Shown piece by piece: positions 30,558 to 40,102 of a DNA stretch of 64,000 nucleotides. The position numbers were made by a program, and so were the translations under genes. How positions within the stretch are numbered: position 1 is the first letter of the stretch; each line of letters starts with the position of its first letter. Source of the stretch: Bacillota bacterium (lineage in GTDB: Bacteria; Bacillota; Limnochordia; Darwinibacteriales; Darwinibacteriaceae); contig JAKOTU010000090.1 in the NCBI GenBank assembly GCA_029776155.1, positions 12,285 to 76,284 of the forward strand, given 5' to 3'. Below the pieces are notes generated by a model. The model did no database searches. It was not told where the DNA came from and saw only the letters and a list, made by a program, of their open reading frames with translations.

Positions 30558-30617
30558 AGCCTCACCCTTCCCTCCATGTTCTACGCGGGGGCGCCAAACC
30601 CTACCGATCCCCGCAGG

Positions 30618-31073
30618 CTATCTTTCCTTGCGCAGTTGCTGCACCTCGGCAATGAAACTATCCACGTCTTTGAACTGGCGGTAGACAGAAGCAAAGCGCA
30701 CATAAGCCACATCATCGATGGTGCGTAGCTTGTCCATAACCAATTCGCCGATATAGGTGGAAGTGACCTCCCGATCCAAACTAGAGCGCACCTCCCTTTC
30801 GATCTCATCCACGGCTTGGTCAATGGTCTGAGAAGAAATGGGGCGCTTTTCACAGGCCCGCAGAATGCCGTTGAGGATCTTACTGCGGGAAAAGGGCTCG
30901 CGCCGTCCATCTCTCTTGACTACCATAAACGGCATCTCGTCCACACGTTCATATGTAGTAAACCGCCGATGACAGGCGGTACACTCCCGGCGGCGCCGAA
31001 TGGAACCGCCTTCCTCAGTTTGCCTGGAATCTAACACCTTACTGTCCAGGTGCAGGCAGAACGGGCAGCGCAT
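30618..31073 (-). CDS. nrdR: transcriptional repressor NrdR
   Basis: 151 aa with an MRCPFC...CTAC zinc ribbon and an ATP-cone. Confidence 0.95.
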   Translation of the reverse strand: MRCPFCLHLDSKVLDSRQTEEGGSIRRRRECTACHRRFTTYERVDEMPFMVVKRDGRREPFSRSKILNGILRACEKRPISSQTIDQAVDEIEREVRSSLDREVTSTYIGELVMDKLRTIDDVAYVRFASVYRQFKDVDSFIAEVQQLRKER

Positions 31074-31129
31074 CTACTCAACCCCCAGTGTTGCTCCCAT
31101 CATATTTACTTTATTATACAGTAAAACGC

Positions 31130-31384
31130 TCAGCGTTTCCATGTTCTGTTTTTCACCAACACCACATCTGCCCCCACCACAACAATATCCCGCCAGGGAA
31201 TCTCCACATCAGTGTGGCGCGGGCCCCACAGGAAGCGCAAAGGCCTCGCCTCATCCACGATGAGGGCGTTGATGCGCCCGGTATCCGGATCCAGATCCAC
31301 ATCACATACACTCCCCAGGTACCGCCCTTCTTCCACGCTGATTACATCCAGCCGGCGCAGATCTGAGGTCTTGATCACCCGCAT
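31130..31384 (-). CDS. YlmC/YmxH-family PRC-barrel sporulation protein
   Basis: 84 aa with a pattern typical of the YlmC/YmxH family (DLRRLDVISVEEGRYLGSVCDVDLD...GRINALIV). Confidence 0.85.
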   Translation of the reverse strand: MRVIKTSDLRRLDVISVEEGRYLGSVCDVDLDPDTGRINALIVDEARPLRFLWGPRHTDVEIPWRDIVVVGADVVLVKNRTWKR

Positions 31385-31425
31385 GCTGCAACCCCCTTCT
31401 GCTACCTAAGTATATGCCTGCTGCA

Positions 31426-31450
31426 CAAAAAAGAAACGGCAGCGCCGTTC
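31426..31450 (-). terminator. intrinsic terminator after spoIIR
   Basis: On the minus strand, AACGGC-gct-GCCGTT is followed by TCTTTTTTG. Confidence 0.5.
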
Positions 31451-31485
31451 CCTCTGTGTCCGTATGCCCATCCCGACCACTGCCT

Positions 31486-32160
31486 TCAGTGCGCCAGGAC
31501 CGAAAGGCCAGCGGCAGAAGCCTGCCACCAGTTTTGAAACAGGCGGGCATAGCGACTCTCGGCCACCTGTTCCCACAGCCTAGAACGCAAAACGATACTG
31601 CGTGTTCCTTTCTGGTCAGTAGTCTTTTCCTGGACCTTAACCAGGGCAGAACTGGCTCCTTCCAGTTCGGCTAGACAAAGGGGCGGAAAGAGGATGCACC
31701 ACCAATTATCTCCCCTAGCTGCGCCGATCTCCACACGCACCGCATCATAACTGCCCTCGGGCAGCACCCACTCCCCATAGGCCCGTTCTGGAAAGAGGTA
31801 GTTGCCCAGCTTCACCTGCACGGGGTAGTCGAACCCATGTGCCCAGACAGTTTCCTGGGCGCAGCGCTCCAAAGTCTGGGCATGGTATTGGAGCAGGGCA
31901 TAGGCCTGTTCCTTGCCGGCAATGTCCCCCAGAATACGCTTAGTTTCCAGCAGAACAGCATCCCGCACCTTGAGTTTTAGGTCTTGGTCTTGAGGCAGAT
32001 TGCTGTTGGCGATCACATGAAGACGAATCAAGTCCTGGGCAAAAGCTTTATCACTATGAAACCCCCGCTCCACGGCCAGGATGACTCCTGATACGCAGAC
32101 GCCTAAACATAGCAGCACAAAGCAGGCCAAAAGGCGCGACCTTAAAGACTCTCGCGACAT
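31486..32160 (-). CDS. spoIIR: stage II sporulation protein R
   Basis: 224 aa with an N-terminal TM/signal segment, then IRLHVIANSNLPQDQDLKLKVRDAVL, the SpoIIR signature. AAAGGGGGAAAG SD. Confidence 0.85.
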   Translation of the reverse strand: MSRESLRSRLLACFVLLCLGVCVSGVILAVERGFHSDKAFAQDLIRLHVIANSNLPQDQDLKLKVRDAVLLETKRILGDIAGKEQAYALLQYHAQTLERCAQETVWAHGFDYPVQVKLGNYLFPERAYGEWVLPEGSYDAVRVEIGAARGDNWWCILFPPLCLAELEGASSALVKVQEKTTDQKGTRSIVLRSRLWEQVAESRYARLFQNWWQASAAGLSVLAH

Positions 32161-32174
32161 GAGCTTTCCCCCTT

Positions 32175-32951
32175 TTAGGATGTGGCCATGTATTTGCGCA
32201 GGTGCCTTAGGGCCGCCTTTTCCAGCCGGGAAACCTGCGCCTGGGATATGCCGATTTCTTCGGCTACTTCCATCTGTGTGCGGCCCTCATAGAAGCGCAT
32301 GGTCAAAATCAACCGCTCCCGCTCGCCCAAGTTTGCCATACCCTCCTTGATACTCACCCCTTCAATGAGGCGGCGCTCCGTGTTTTTTTCGTCACTGATC
32401 TGATCCAGCACAAAAATGGGGTCTCCCCCATCGTTGTAAATGGGCTCAAAGAGGGAGATGGGCTCTTGGATGGCGTCTAGGGCAAAGACGATCTCTTCAC
32501 GCGGGATGCCCAGTTCTTCGGCAATCTGGGCAATGGACGGTTCCTGGGAGTAGCGGTTCGCCAAGGCATCCCTGGTCTGCAGTGCCTTGTAGGCGATATC
32601 CCGCAGCGACCGGCTCACCCTGATGGGGTTGTTGTCCCGCAGGTACCGCCGGATCTCGCCGATGATCATGGGTACAGCGTAGGTGGAAAACTTCACATTT
32701 TGATTTAAGTCGAAGTTGTCAATGGCTTTCATTAGACCAATACAACCCACCTGGAACAGGTCATCCACGTATTCGCCCCTGTTGTTGAACCGCTGGATCA
32801 CACTGAGCACCAAGCGGAGGTTGCCCTGGACCATCTCTTCCCGGGCCTGCTGATCTCCTTCCTTGATGCGGGCCAAAAGTTCCCGCATCTTGGCGTTGGG
32901 CAGCACGGGCAGTTTCGCGGTGTTCACACCGCAAATTTCCACTTTGTTCAT
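32175..32951 (-). CDS. sigG: RNA polymerase sporulation sigma factor SigG
   Basis: 258 aa with MNKVEICGVNTAKLPVL at the N-terminus, GNLRLVLSVIQRF in region 2, and a region 4 HTH. Confidence 0.95.
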   Translation of the reverse strand: MNKVEICGVNTAKLPVLPNAKMRELLARIKEGDQQAREEMVQGNLRLVLSVIQRFNNRGEYVDDLFQVGCIGLMKAIDNFDLNQNVKFSTYAVPMIIGEIRRYLRDNNPIRVSRSLRDIAYKALQTRDALANRYSQEPSIAQIAEELGIPREEIVFALDAIQEPISLFEPIYNDGGDPIFVLDQISDEKNTERRLIEGVSIKEGMANLGERERLILTMRFYEGRTQMEVAEEIGISQAQVSRLEKAALRHLRKYMATS

Positions 32952-32985
32952 CTCTGCACCCCCCGAACATGCCGACTACAAAGTT

Positions 32986-33015
32986 CAGTATTGCCACCTC
33001 CAGCCCGGTCTATTC
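32986..33015 (-). promoter_or_regulatory. candidate forespore (sigma-F/sigma-G type) promoter of sigG
   Basis: The minus strand reads GAATA, a 15-nt spacer, then GGCAATACTG. The -10 fits the remembered sigma-F pattern GGnnAnAHTR, and the -35 fits GHATR. It ends ~35 nt upstream of the sigG ATG. Confidence 0.4.
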
Positions 33016-33146
33016 CAGTTTGGGCAAGAACCTGTAACTGCCAAGGAGGTGCAGCCAATTATTTCCGTCCTTCAGGCAATTTAGGGAGGACTTTTATACT
33101 TTTCCCGCTAATATTCTGGCAACACCCTTTTTGGGGAGGAAAAACT

Positions 33147-34109
33147 ATGCTTGAATACACGCTGTACGTTGATGTCTGGCTCTTGCAGCTGGGCTGCAAC
33201 TTCCTTTTCGAATACCTCCTGCTCTGGGCCACGGCAACCATCACACGTACGCAAACCACCACCCTACGCCTCATGCTGGGATCACTCGTGGGAACACTGC
33301 ACTACCTCCTCTACCTTGCCGCCAGCGTCGGGTTGATTCCCCTGTATGGCCTGCTCCGCTTTTTCCCAGTAGTGCTCTTGGTATCTGCAGCCATGCTTTT
33401 AGCAGCTTTTTATCCCCTCCCCTGGCGCAGACTACTCACCGCCGCTGGTTACTTCTATATTATCGGATTCATCGCCGCGGGAATGGGTCTGGCTGGCGCC
33501 TACCTCTTTGCCTCAGACCAATCCCCCGCCTTCACCTTAGGTACGGTTATCTCCATCTTGGCCATCCTGCTCATTGCCGAGCTGGGCTGGGGAATAGTTC
33601 ATGAACGGGTAGTGCGGGCCATCTACCGGGTGCCGGTACAGATTTCCTGTGATGGTCAGAGCGTGAAAATGACTGCACTTGTGGACACGGGAAACCAGCT
33701 TAAGGACCCGCTGAACAGGCAGTCTGTAATCATCGCTGACGTCCAGGCTATAAAAAGCCTCCTGCCGCCAGATATTCTAGCCATCACCCTTGCTCTAGAA
33801 AAGGGGGAGGCAGATGCTTTGGAAAAACTCACCGAACTGGACACCTGGCGTACCCGCCTTAGGCTCATTCCTTTTAGCTCCATCGGGCGAGCAAACGGCA
33901 TGATGCTGGGCTTCCGGCCCGATGAGGTGAGAATCGGAACCCGCACCCTGCTCGGGGATTTCCAGCCCACCATTGCCATCCATCCCTTTAACCTGGACCC
34001 CCATGGAGAGTACAGCGCTTTGGTTCCGCCACACTTAGTGGAAGACTTCCTGCAGGCTGTGGAAGGAGGCGAGAATTATGCCGCGACATCTTCCCATCTT
34101 CGGTCTTAA
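33147..34109 (+). CDS. spoIIGA: sigma-E processing peptidase SpoIIGA
   Basis: ATG 33147 follows GGGGAGG. Five N-terminal TM helices, then an aspartic protease motif [12 protein letters not shown]. Confidence 0.9.
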   Translation: MLEYTLYVDVWLLQLGCNFLFEYLLLWATATITRTQTTTLRLMLGSLVGTLHYLLYLAASVGLIPLYGLLRFFPVVLLVSAAMLLAAFYPLPWRRLLTAAGYFYIIGFIAAGMGLAGAYLFASDQSPAFTLGTVISILAILLIAELGWGIVHERVVRAIYRVPVQISCDGQSVKMTALVDTGNQLKDPLNRQSVIIADVQAIKSLLPPDILAITLALEKGEADALEKLTELDTWRTRLRLIPFSSIGRANGMMLGFRPDEVRIGTRTLLGDFQPTIAIHPFNLDPHGEYSALVPPHLVEDFLQAVEGGENYAATSSHLRS

Positions 34110-34803
34110 GGCCCGTTTACGCTTCATCCTCATCCTCCACAAACTGGGCCTAAGGCCCACGATACACTACGTTGGCAGCAACGAAGTTCTGCCTCCGCCC
34201 CTGACCAACGAAGAAGAACAGGAACTCCTGGCCCGCCTCCGGGCAGGGGATGTCTTGGTGCGTACGCCCCTGATTGAGCGCAATCTGCGCCTGGTTGTGT
34301 ACATTGCCCGCAAGTTTGAGAACACCGGCATTGGCATCGAGGATTTGGTCTCCATCGGGACCATCGGCCTGATCAAAGCCGTGAACACATTTGACCCGGG
34401 CAAGAACATTAAACTCGCCACCTACGCATCCCGCTGCATTGAAAACGAAATCCTCATGTATCTGCGCAGAACGAGCAAGCTCAAGGCAGAAGTGTCCTTT
34501 GATGAGCCCCTGAATGTGGACTGGGATGGGAATGAGCTGGTGCTAGCGGACGTGGTGGGCAGCGAAAGCGATATCCTGCGGCATATGGAAAAAGAAGTAG
34601 ATAAAGCCCTGCTGGCTGCGGCTTTACAGCAGCTAACAGGGCGTGAGAAGAAAATTATGGAACTCCGCTTTGGACTTAACAGCGAGAAGGAACTCACCCA
34701 ACGGGAAGTGGCTGAATTATTGGGCATCTCCCAAAGCTACATTTCCCGTCTGGAGAAAAAAATCCTCAAGAAGTTGAAACGTGAGATGAAGAAGATGGAA
34801 TGA
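34078..34803 (+). CDS. sigE: RNA polymerase sporulation sigma factor SigE (pro-sigma-E)
   Basis: 241 aa with a pro-sequence and then [38 protein letters not shown] and [18 protein letters not shown]. It overlaps the spoIIGA 3' end. Confidence 0.95.
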   Translation: MPRHLPIFGLKARLRFILILHKLGLRPTIHYVGSNEVLPPPLTNEEEQELLARLRAGDVLVRTPLIERNLRLVVYIARKFENTGIGIEDLVSIGTIGLIKAVNTFDPGKNIKLATYASRCIENEILMYLRRTSKLKAEVSFDEPLNVDWDGNELVLADVVGSESDILRHMEKEVDKALLAAALQQLTGREKKIMELRFGLNSEKELTQREVAELLGISQSYISRLEKKILKKLKREMKKME

Positions 34804-34805
34804 GT

Positions 34806-34838
34806 GCCTCAGCCCTCGCGCTGAGGCCCTGTTTATTT
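34806..34838 (+). terminator. terminator hairpin between convergent sigE and ftsZ
   Basis: GCCTCAGC-cctcgc-GCTGAGGC is followed by CCTGTTTATTT. The T-run is good only for the + strand (sigE). Confidence 0.55.
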
Positions 34839-35882
34839 CCGGCGCAGAAATGCGGGAATATCAATTTGTGCATCAGTGAGGGGGCGCACATCTAGCTCTT
34901 TGGTGATGCGCAGGTTATCCCTGGGGGCAGGCGCATCAAAGCCGGTGGCAATGACAGTGACGCGGATGCTCTCACCGAGTGTCTCATCGATTACTGCTCC
35001 AAAGATGATATTCGCATCGGGGGCAGCAGCTTGAGCCACCGTTTCCGCCGCCTCATTTACCTCAAAGAGACCTAGGTCTGAACTACCCGCGATACTGAGC
35101 AGGATGCCCTTGGCGCCATCAATGGACGCCTCGAGCAGAGGACTGGAGATGGCCTGCTGGGCAGCCTTTAAGGCCCTTTCCTCGCCCGAAGCCTTGCCGA
35201 TACCCATGAGGGCTGAACCAGCATTGGTCATAATGGCCCGCACGTCGGCGAAGTCCAAGTTGATCAGTCCGGGTACAGTGATCAAATCTGAGATCCCTTG
35301 AACACCCTGGAGCAGCACTTCATCCGCGACCCTAAAGGCTTCCAGGACGGTGGTCTTTTTGTCCACCACCTGCAGCAGACGGTCGTTGGGGATGACAATC
35401 AATGTATCGACTTTGCCCCGCAGCTGTTCGATCCCCTTTTCAGCCTGCTCACGGCGCCGCTTACCCTCAAAGGCAAAAGGTTTGGTCACCACTCCCACGG
35501 TAAGTGCGCCCAGTTCTTTGGCGATTTCAGCTACCACAGGAGCAGCCCCGGTACCTGTGCCGCCGCCCATGCCCGCGGTGATAAACACCATATCCGAGCC
35601 TTCCAGAGCTTTGGCAATGTCTTCCCGGGATTCTTCCGCGGATTTCTGGCCGATGGTGGGATCGGAACCTGCTCCCAGACCCTTGGTCAGCTTTTCTCCG
35701 ATCTGGATTTTCTGGTGTGCCTCCGACATCTGCAGAGCCTGGGCATCAGTGTTCAGGGCGATAAAACGAATGCCTTTCAGATCCGCGGCGATCATGCGGT
35801 TCACGGCATTGCTCCCGCCGCCGCCGCAGCCGATCACCTTTATGTCCGCAAACTGAACGTTATCGAGATCAAACTCAAACAT
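34833..35882 (-). CDS. ftsZ: cell division protein FtsZ
   Basis: [11 protein letters not shown] tubulin signature. ATG 35882 (MFEFDLD) follows AAGGGGGA. The ORF track begins 24 nt earlier at a TTG. Confidence 0.97.
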   Translation of the reverse strand: MFEFDLDNVQFADIKVIGCGGGGSNAVNRMIAADLKGIRFIALNTDAQALQMSEAHQKIQIGEKLTKGLGAGSDPTIGQKSAEESREDIAKALEGSDMVFITAGMGGGTGTGAAPVVAEIAKELGALTVGVVTKPFAFEGKRRREQAEKGIEQLRGKVDTLIVIPNDRLLQVVDKKTTVLEAFRVADEVLLQGVQGISDLITVPGLINLDFADVRAIMTNAGSALMGIGKASGEERALKAAQQAISSPLLEASIDGAKGILLSIAGSSDLGLFEVNEAAETVAQAAAPDANIIFGAVIDETLGESIRVTVIATGFDAPAPRDNLRITKELDVRPLTDAQIDIPAFLRRK

Positions 35883-35987
35883 GGGATCCCCCTTCTTCAC
35901 CGTCAAATTCCAACTTGTAATTGGTTGATTTCCACACGAAACGCTCTTTTCCCTTTATCGCCTTGGAAAAAACTATCAACACCGGTT

Positions 35988-36674
35988 TCAGCGCTGCAGG
36001 GTCACCACTGGTGTCTTGGGTACTCCCAAGTCTATGCGGCTGGCCTGCTCACCCCGCAAGCGCAGGTCTTCTAGGATTTGCTCCAGCAGAGCGAACTTCG
36101 CTTCCAGCTCCACCGGCTCGCCAAGGAGGATCTCCACACCAGAACGGGTTACAAGAGCCCGTTTCAGGGCGTTCCACTCCGAGATGGAGGGCAGAAGACG
36201 TGGCGGGATTAGGCTAATTAACCGCGCCGCCGCCACCAATTGCTCTGGTGCGGTTAGATCAACGTTGGTGGCAATGGGCAAGGCGGAAAACGTCTGCTGC
36301 TGGATTGGGGGCAGCAGGGTGCCCTCCCGATCCAAAAGCATCCAACCGCCCTCAGTGGGGATCTGGGCCACGGGACGGCGCTCCTCAATGGCCACGATGA
36401 GGCGGTTAGGCCAGCGCCAGGTCACCTTGGCACTGGCAATCCAGGGGTGCTCCATCAGAGTGGATGCCAGGTCGCGCATGTCCACCCGCCAGACATTAAT
36501 TACCTGCAGACCCAGATAGGCGTTGAGCTGTTCGGGACTCAAATGGATCAGGCCTGTCCACTCAAGGCGATCCGTTTCAAAAAATGGAGAATTGGCAAAT
36601 AAGTACAGGGCCACAATTAGGGCCAAAACCAAGATCGAGAGAGCATTCCTCACGCTTGCCAGTTCATTGAGCAC
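35988..36674 (-). CDS. ftsQ: cell division protein FtsQ/DivIB
   Basis: 228 aa with one N-terminal TM helix followed by POTRA and FtsQ-type domains. It sits in the conserved dcw position. Confidence 0.78.
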   Translation of the reverse strand: MLNELASVRNALSILVLALIVALYLFANSPFFETDRLEWTGLIHLSPEQLNAYLGLQVINVWRVDMRDLASTLMEHPWIASAKVTWRWPNRLIVAIEERRPVAQIPTEGGWMLLDREGTLLPPIQQQTFSALPIATNVDLTAPEQLVAAARLISLIPPRLLPSISEWNALKRALVTRSGVEILLGEPVELEAKFALLEQILEDLRLRGEQASRIDLGVPKTPVVTLQR

Positions 36675-36676
36675 GT

Positions 36677-37939
36677 TTACCCTCCCATCGTCGCCAGTCT
36701 AGTGATTCGAGCGCCGAGGCCGCCGAGTTTCTCTTCTAGGCACTCGTAACCCCGGTCAATGTGCTGGGCACCGCTGATTAGAGTCCGCCCTTCAGCCGCC
36801 AGGGCTGCCAGAACCAAGGCCGCTCCAGCCCGCAGGTCCCCTGCTTCTAGCTGGGCGCCCCGCAGCTGTACAGGCCCATAAACTCTCACCGTTTGGCCCG
36901 TCTGCCGCACAACTGCCCCTAGTTTACGCAGCTCGCGCACATAACCGAAGCGCTGGTCGAAAACGGTTTCCCGGAGCTCACTGCGGCCGTGGGCTTGGGT
37001 TGCTGCCGCCACCATCTGGGGCTGCAGATCGGTGGGAAAACCCGGATAGGGCCTGGTCACCAGGGCAAAGGGGTGCAGTCTTTTCGGGGCGGCCACAGAC
37101 ACCTTGCTCCCCTCCACCGCCACCTCTCCCCCCATGGCCTGGATGACACTGAGCAGGGAACTAAAATGGCCAGGGCGTACGCGGCAGACGGTTCCCTCTC
37201 CACCGGTAATCAGAAAGGCCAAAAGGTAGGTCCCCGCCTCGATCCGGTCAGGCATAACTGAAAAATCGGTACAGCCCAGCTCGGGGACCCCCTGGACTGT
37301 GATCACAGGCGTTCCCGCTCCAAACACGCGGGCCCCCATAGCCTGTAGAAAGGCTTGGACTTCCACAATCTCCGGCTCCCGTGCCGCGTTGCGGATCACC
37401 GTTTCTCCACGGGCCAGAGCTGCAGCCATCATGATGTTCTCCGTAGCCCCAACGCTGGGATATCGGAGGGTTATGTCCGCTCCCCGCAGGCCCCCGGGCG
37501 CCCGGGCCACAAGCCTATCACCGTTAAGGACAACCGAAGCGCCCATCTGTTGGAACCCAGAAAGGTGGATATCCAAAGGTCTTCTCCCGATGGCGCACCC
37601 CCCGGGCAAGGCCACTTCTACCCATCCCAGGCGGGCCAAGAGGGGACCCATGACCTGCACCGAAGCCCGCATGGACTTTACGAGCTGTTCAGGGGTTCTG
37701 CCCTGCAGGGAACTCACTTCAATGGCCATTTGATGGCCTTGAAAGGTGACCTTTGCTCCCAGACACTGCAGCACCTCGGCCATGGTGCGAACGTCGGTGA
37801 TACGCGGCACATTGTCCAGGTGGAACACGCCCTGTCCCAGAAGCGCTGCCGCCATCAGTTTCAGGGCAGAGTTTTTCGCCCCGCTCACCCGTACAGCTCC
37901 CTTTAAACGGCGCGGACCTTCCACCAAAAACGCACCCAT
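36677..37939 (-). CDS. murA: UDP-N-acetylglucosamine 1-carboxyvinyltransferase
   Basis: 420 aa with VSGAKNSALKLMAAALL and the catalytic Cys loop LPGGCAIGRRPLD. Confidence 0.95.
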   Translation of the reverse strand: MGAFLVEGPRRLKGAVRVSGAKNSALKLMAAALLGQGVFHLDNVPRITDVRTMAEVLQCLGAKVTFQGHQMAIEVSSLQGRTPEQLVKSMRASVQVMGPLLARLGWVEVALPGGCAIGRRPLDIHLSGFQQMGASVVLNGDRLVARAPGGLRGADITLRYPSVGATENIMMAAALARGETVIRNAAREPEIVEVQAFLQAMGARVFGAGTPVITVQGVPELGCTDFSVMPDRIEAGTYLLAFLITGGEGTVCRVRPGHFSSLLSVIQAMGGEVAVEGSKVSVAAPKRLHPFALVTRPYPGFPTDLQPQMVAAATQAHGRSELRETVFDQRFGYVRELRKLGAVVRQTGQTVRVYGPVQLRGAQLEAGDLRAGAALVLAALAAEGRTLISGAQHIDRGYECLEEKLGGLGARITRLATMGG

Positions 37940-37950
37940 TTTATCACCCC

Positions 37951-38009
37951 GACCCCTGAATTACCGTTTATCTTATGCGGTAAGGGGTAAGGGGTGAAAA
38001 TCAGGGGTC
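37951..38009. repeat. nested inverted repeats filling the ftsW-murA spacer
   Basis: The outer arms are GACCCCTGA (37951-37959) and TCAGGGGTC (38001-38009). The inner arms are TTACCG (37961-37966) and CGGTAA (37978-37983). The outer 3' arm overlaps the ftsW stop. Confidence 0.8.
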
Positions 38010-39103
38010 TAGTCTTGGCACTGGCGGGAAATATTGAGCAAGATGCCGATTCCTGTCAAGCTCACCAGCAGCGACGAACCGCCATGGCTGATGAAGGGAA
38101 GAGGAATACCGGTGACCGGCAGGGAGCCTGTTACCACTCCAATGTTGATCAGGGCCTGAAAAGCGATCATGGAAGTAATGCCAATGGCCAGCAAGGTGCC
38201 GTACAAATCCGGAGCCCGCATGGCGATGCGCAGTCCCCGCCAAGCCAACACAAAGAAGAGCGCGATTACCGTTACTCCACCTACGAAACCCAACTCTTCA
38301 CACAAAATGGCAAAAATGAAGTCCGTATGATGTTCGGGGAGGTAGGAGAACTTCTGTCTGCTTTTGCCCAGACCTAGGCCAAACAGCCCACCTGAACCAA
38401 TGGCCAACAGGGACTGGATCACGTTCCAACCTGTGTCTGTGGGGTCCGACCAGGGGTCCAAAAAGGCGAAGAGGCGCTTTACCCTGTACTCCTTCAAAGT
38501 TAACAGGTAGACCAGGACGGGAGCGGCCATCAGCCCCACAAAGAACAGCTGGCCCAGGTGCACTCCCCCGGCAAACAGCACCACCAGAACTGAAAAAACC
38601 AGGGCCACCGCCGTACCGAAGTCGGGCTCCAGCATAATCAGCACGAACTGCACCGCGGTGATGGCCAGAATGGGCACTAGACCGGTGAAGAAGCGGCGCG
38701 CTCCTTCCTTTTTGTTGGCCAGATATACGGCGGTGAAGTTAACCATGACCAGCTTGGCCAGCTCTGAAGGCTGCAGGTTAAAACCCATAATCCTGATCCA
38801 GCGGTGAACAGATCCAGAACCCGTACCGATAAACAGCACCAAAACCAGAAGGGCAAAGGAGATGACCAGCCCCGGCAGGGCCAGTACTTTAAAAATGTGG
38901 TAATCCACCTTCATCAAGACAAAGAGGACGATCAGACCAACAACGGCCAACACGGTCTGCCGCTGCACGTAGTAATAGGGATTGCCTGCATCGGCCAAGC
39001 CCATCACGGACGACGCACTGAACACCATGATCAGACCTAGGCTTACCAGGATGATCACAGTGACGAACAACACCAAGTCTGGTTTGCCGCCCTTGGTCAA
39101 CAT
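38009..39103 (-). CDS. ftsW: SEDS-family peptidoglycan polymerase FtsW/SpoVE
   Basis: 364 aa, ~10 TM helices, with conserved SEDS blocks (PSELAKL, LEPDFGTA, LPEHHTDFIFA). Confidence 0.9.
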   Translation of the reverse strand: MLTKGGKPDLVLFVTVIILVSLGLIMVFSASSVMGLADAGNPYYYVQRQTVLAVVGLIVLFVLMKVDYHIFKVLALPGLVISFALLVLVLFIGTGSGSVHRWIRIMGFNLQPSELAKLVMVNFTAVYLANKKEGARRFFTGLVPILAITAVQFVLIMLEPDFGTAVALVFSVLVVLFAGGVHLGQLFFVGLMAAPVLVYLLTLKEYRVKRLFAFLDPWSDPTDTGWNVIQSLLAIGSGGLFGLGLGKSRQKFSYLPEHHTDFIFAILCEELGFVGGVTVIALFFVLAWRGLRIAMRAPDLYGTLLAIGITSMIAFQALINIGVVTGSLPVTGIPLPFISHGGSSLLVSLTGIGILLNISRQCQD

Positions 39104-39134
39104 TGCTCCTGCCTCCTCCCTTATCTATATGCCG

Positions 39135-40100
39135 TTAGAGGATGGCGTACAACCCTAGAACTGCGAAAACCAGGGACAGCAAGACAAAGCGTACCATGAC
39201 CTTGCTCTCCGCCCAGCCCAGCAGCTCAAAGTGGTGGTGCAGAGGTGCCATGCGGAACAATCTGCGCCCCTTGGTGGCACGGAAGTACAGCACTTGGAGA
39301 ATAACGGATACCGTTTCCAGCAGAAACAGCCCGCCAATAATGGGCAAGAACAAGGCGGTTCTGCTGAGCACAGCCCCTGTGGCCAGGGCCGCCCCCAAAG
39401 CGAAGGATCCAGTGTCGCCCATGATCACCTGGGCAGGGGGGCCGTTGAACCAGACAAACCCAAGGCAGGCCCCTACCACCGCTCCGTGGAAAATGCTCAA
39501 ATCTCCATGGCCGAGGATCAGAAAGATAATTGCGAACGCCGCAGCGCTAATGGCCGTGCTGCCAGCAGCCAGACCGTCCAGCCCATCGGTAAGGTTCACC
39601 GCATTCACCACCCCCACCAGCACAAACACGGTGAAGGGGATGTACACCAAGGCAGGCAGCTCCACCGTCCCCCGCCAGAACGGTATAACCAGTTCCGATC
39701 CCACCCGGGCATAGGCATACAAAGAGACCAACAGGGCCACCCCAAACTGTCCCACCAGTTTTTCCCTGGCTCGCAGCCCCAGGGAACGCCTGGCCACCAC
39801 CTTGATGAAATCATCTAGAAAACCGATGAGTCCAAAACCAATGGTGGAAAAAAGCATCACGATAGTATGATCCGTGAAGGGGCGGCCCGCCACCAGCAAG
39901 GCTGCCACAATACAAAGCACCATGAGGATCCCACCCATGGTGGGCGTTCCTGCTTTCTTGCGATGCGTCTGGGGTCCATCGGAACGGACCACCTGCCCCA
40001 ACTTGAGGCGTTCCAAATAGCCGATGACAGCAGGGCCTAGGAGCAGAGCTAAGGCAAAGGCTAAAAGAGCACTGAATGCAGGTAAGAACGATGCCGGCAC
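39135..40100 (-). CDS. mraY: phospho-N-acetylmuramoyl-pentapeptide transferase
   Basis: 321 aa with KKAGTPTMGG, NAVNLTDGLDGLA and MGDTGS motifs. Confidence 0.97.
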   Translation of the reverse strand: MPASFLPAFSALLAFALALLLGPAVIGYLERLKLGQVVRSDGPQTHRKKAGTPTMGGILMVLCIVAALLVAGRPFTDHTIVMLFSTIGFGLIGFLDDFIKVVARRSLGLRAREKLVGQFGVALLVSLYAYARVGSELVIPFWRGTVELPALVYIPFTVFVLVGVVNAVNLTDGLDGLAAGSTAISAAAFAIIFLILGHGDLSIFHGAVVGACLGFVWFNGPPAQVIMGDTGSFALGAALATGAVLSRTALFLPIIGGLFLLETVSVILQVLYFRATKGRRLFRMAPLHHHFELLGWAESKVMVRFVLLSLVFAVLGLYAIL

Positions 40101-40102
40101 AA

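Noticed and set aside
33059-33067. The 9-mer TTATTTCCG is present at both borders of the inverted spoIIGA-sigE block (33059-33067 and 34833-34841).
   Set aside because: The copies are in direct, not inverted, orientation, so they cannot explain an inversion. The right copy is simply the ftsZ stop region, so this is most likely coincidence.
32952-33146. A search for Spo0A boxes (TGTCGAA/TTCGACA) and a clear sigma-A promoter upstream of spoIIGA.
   Set aside because: There is no exact 0A box. Only weak hexamers are present (TAATAT as a possible -10, with no convincing -35), so I do not call a promoter here.
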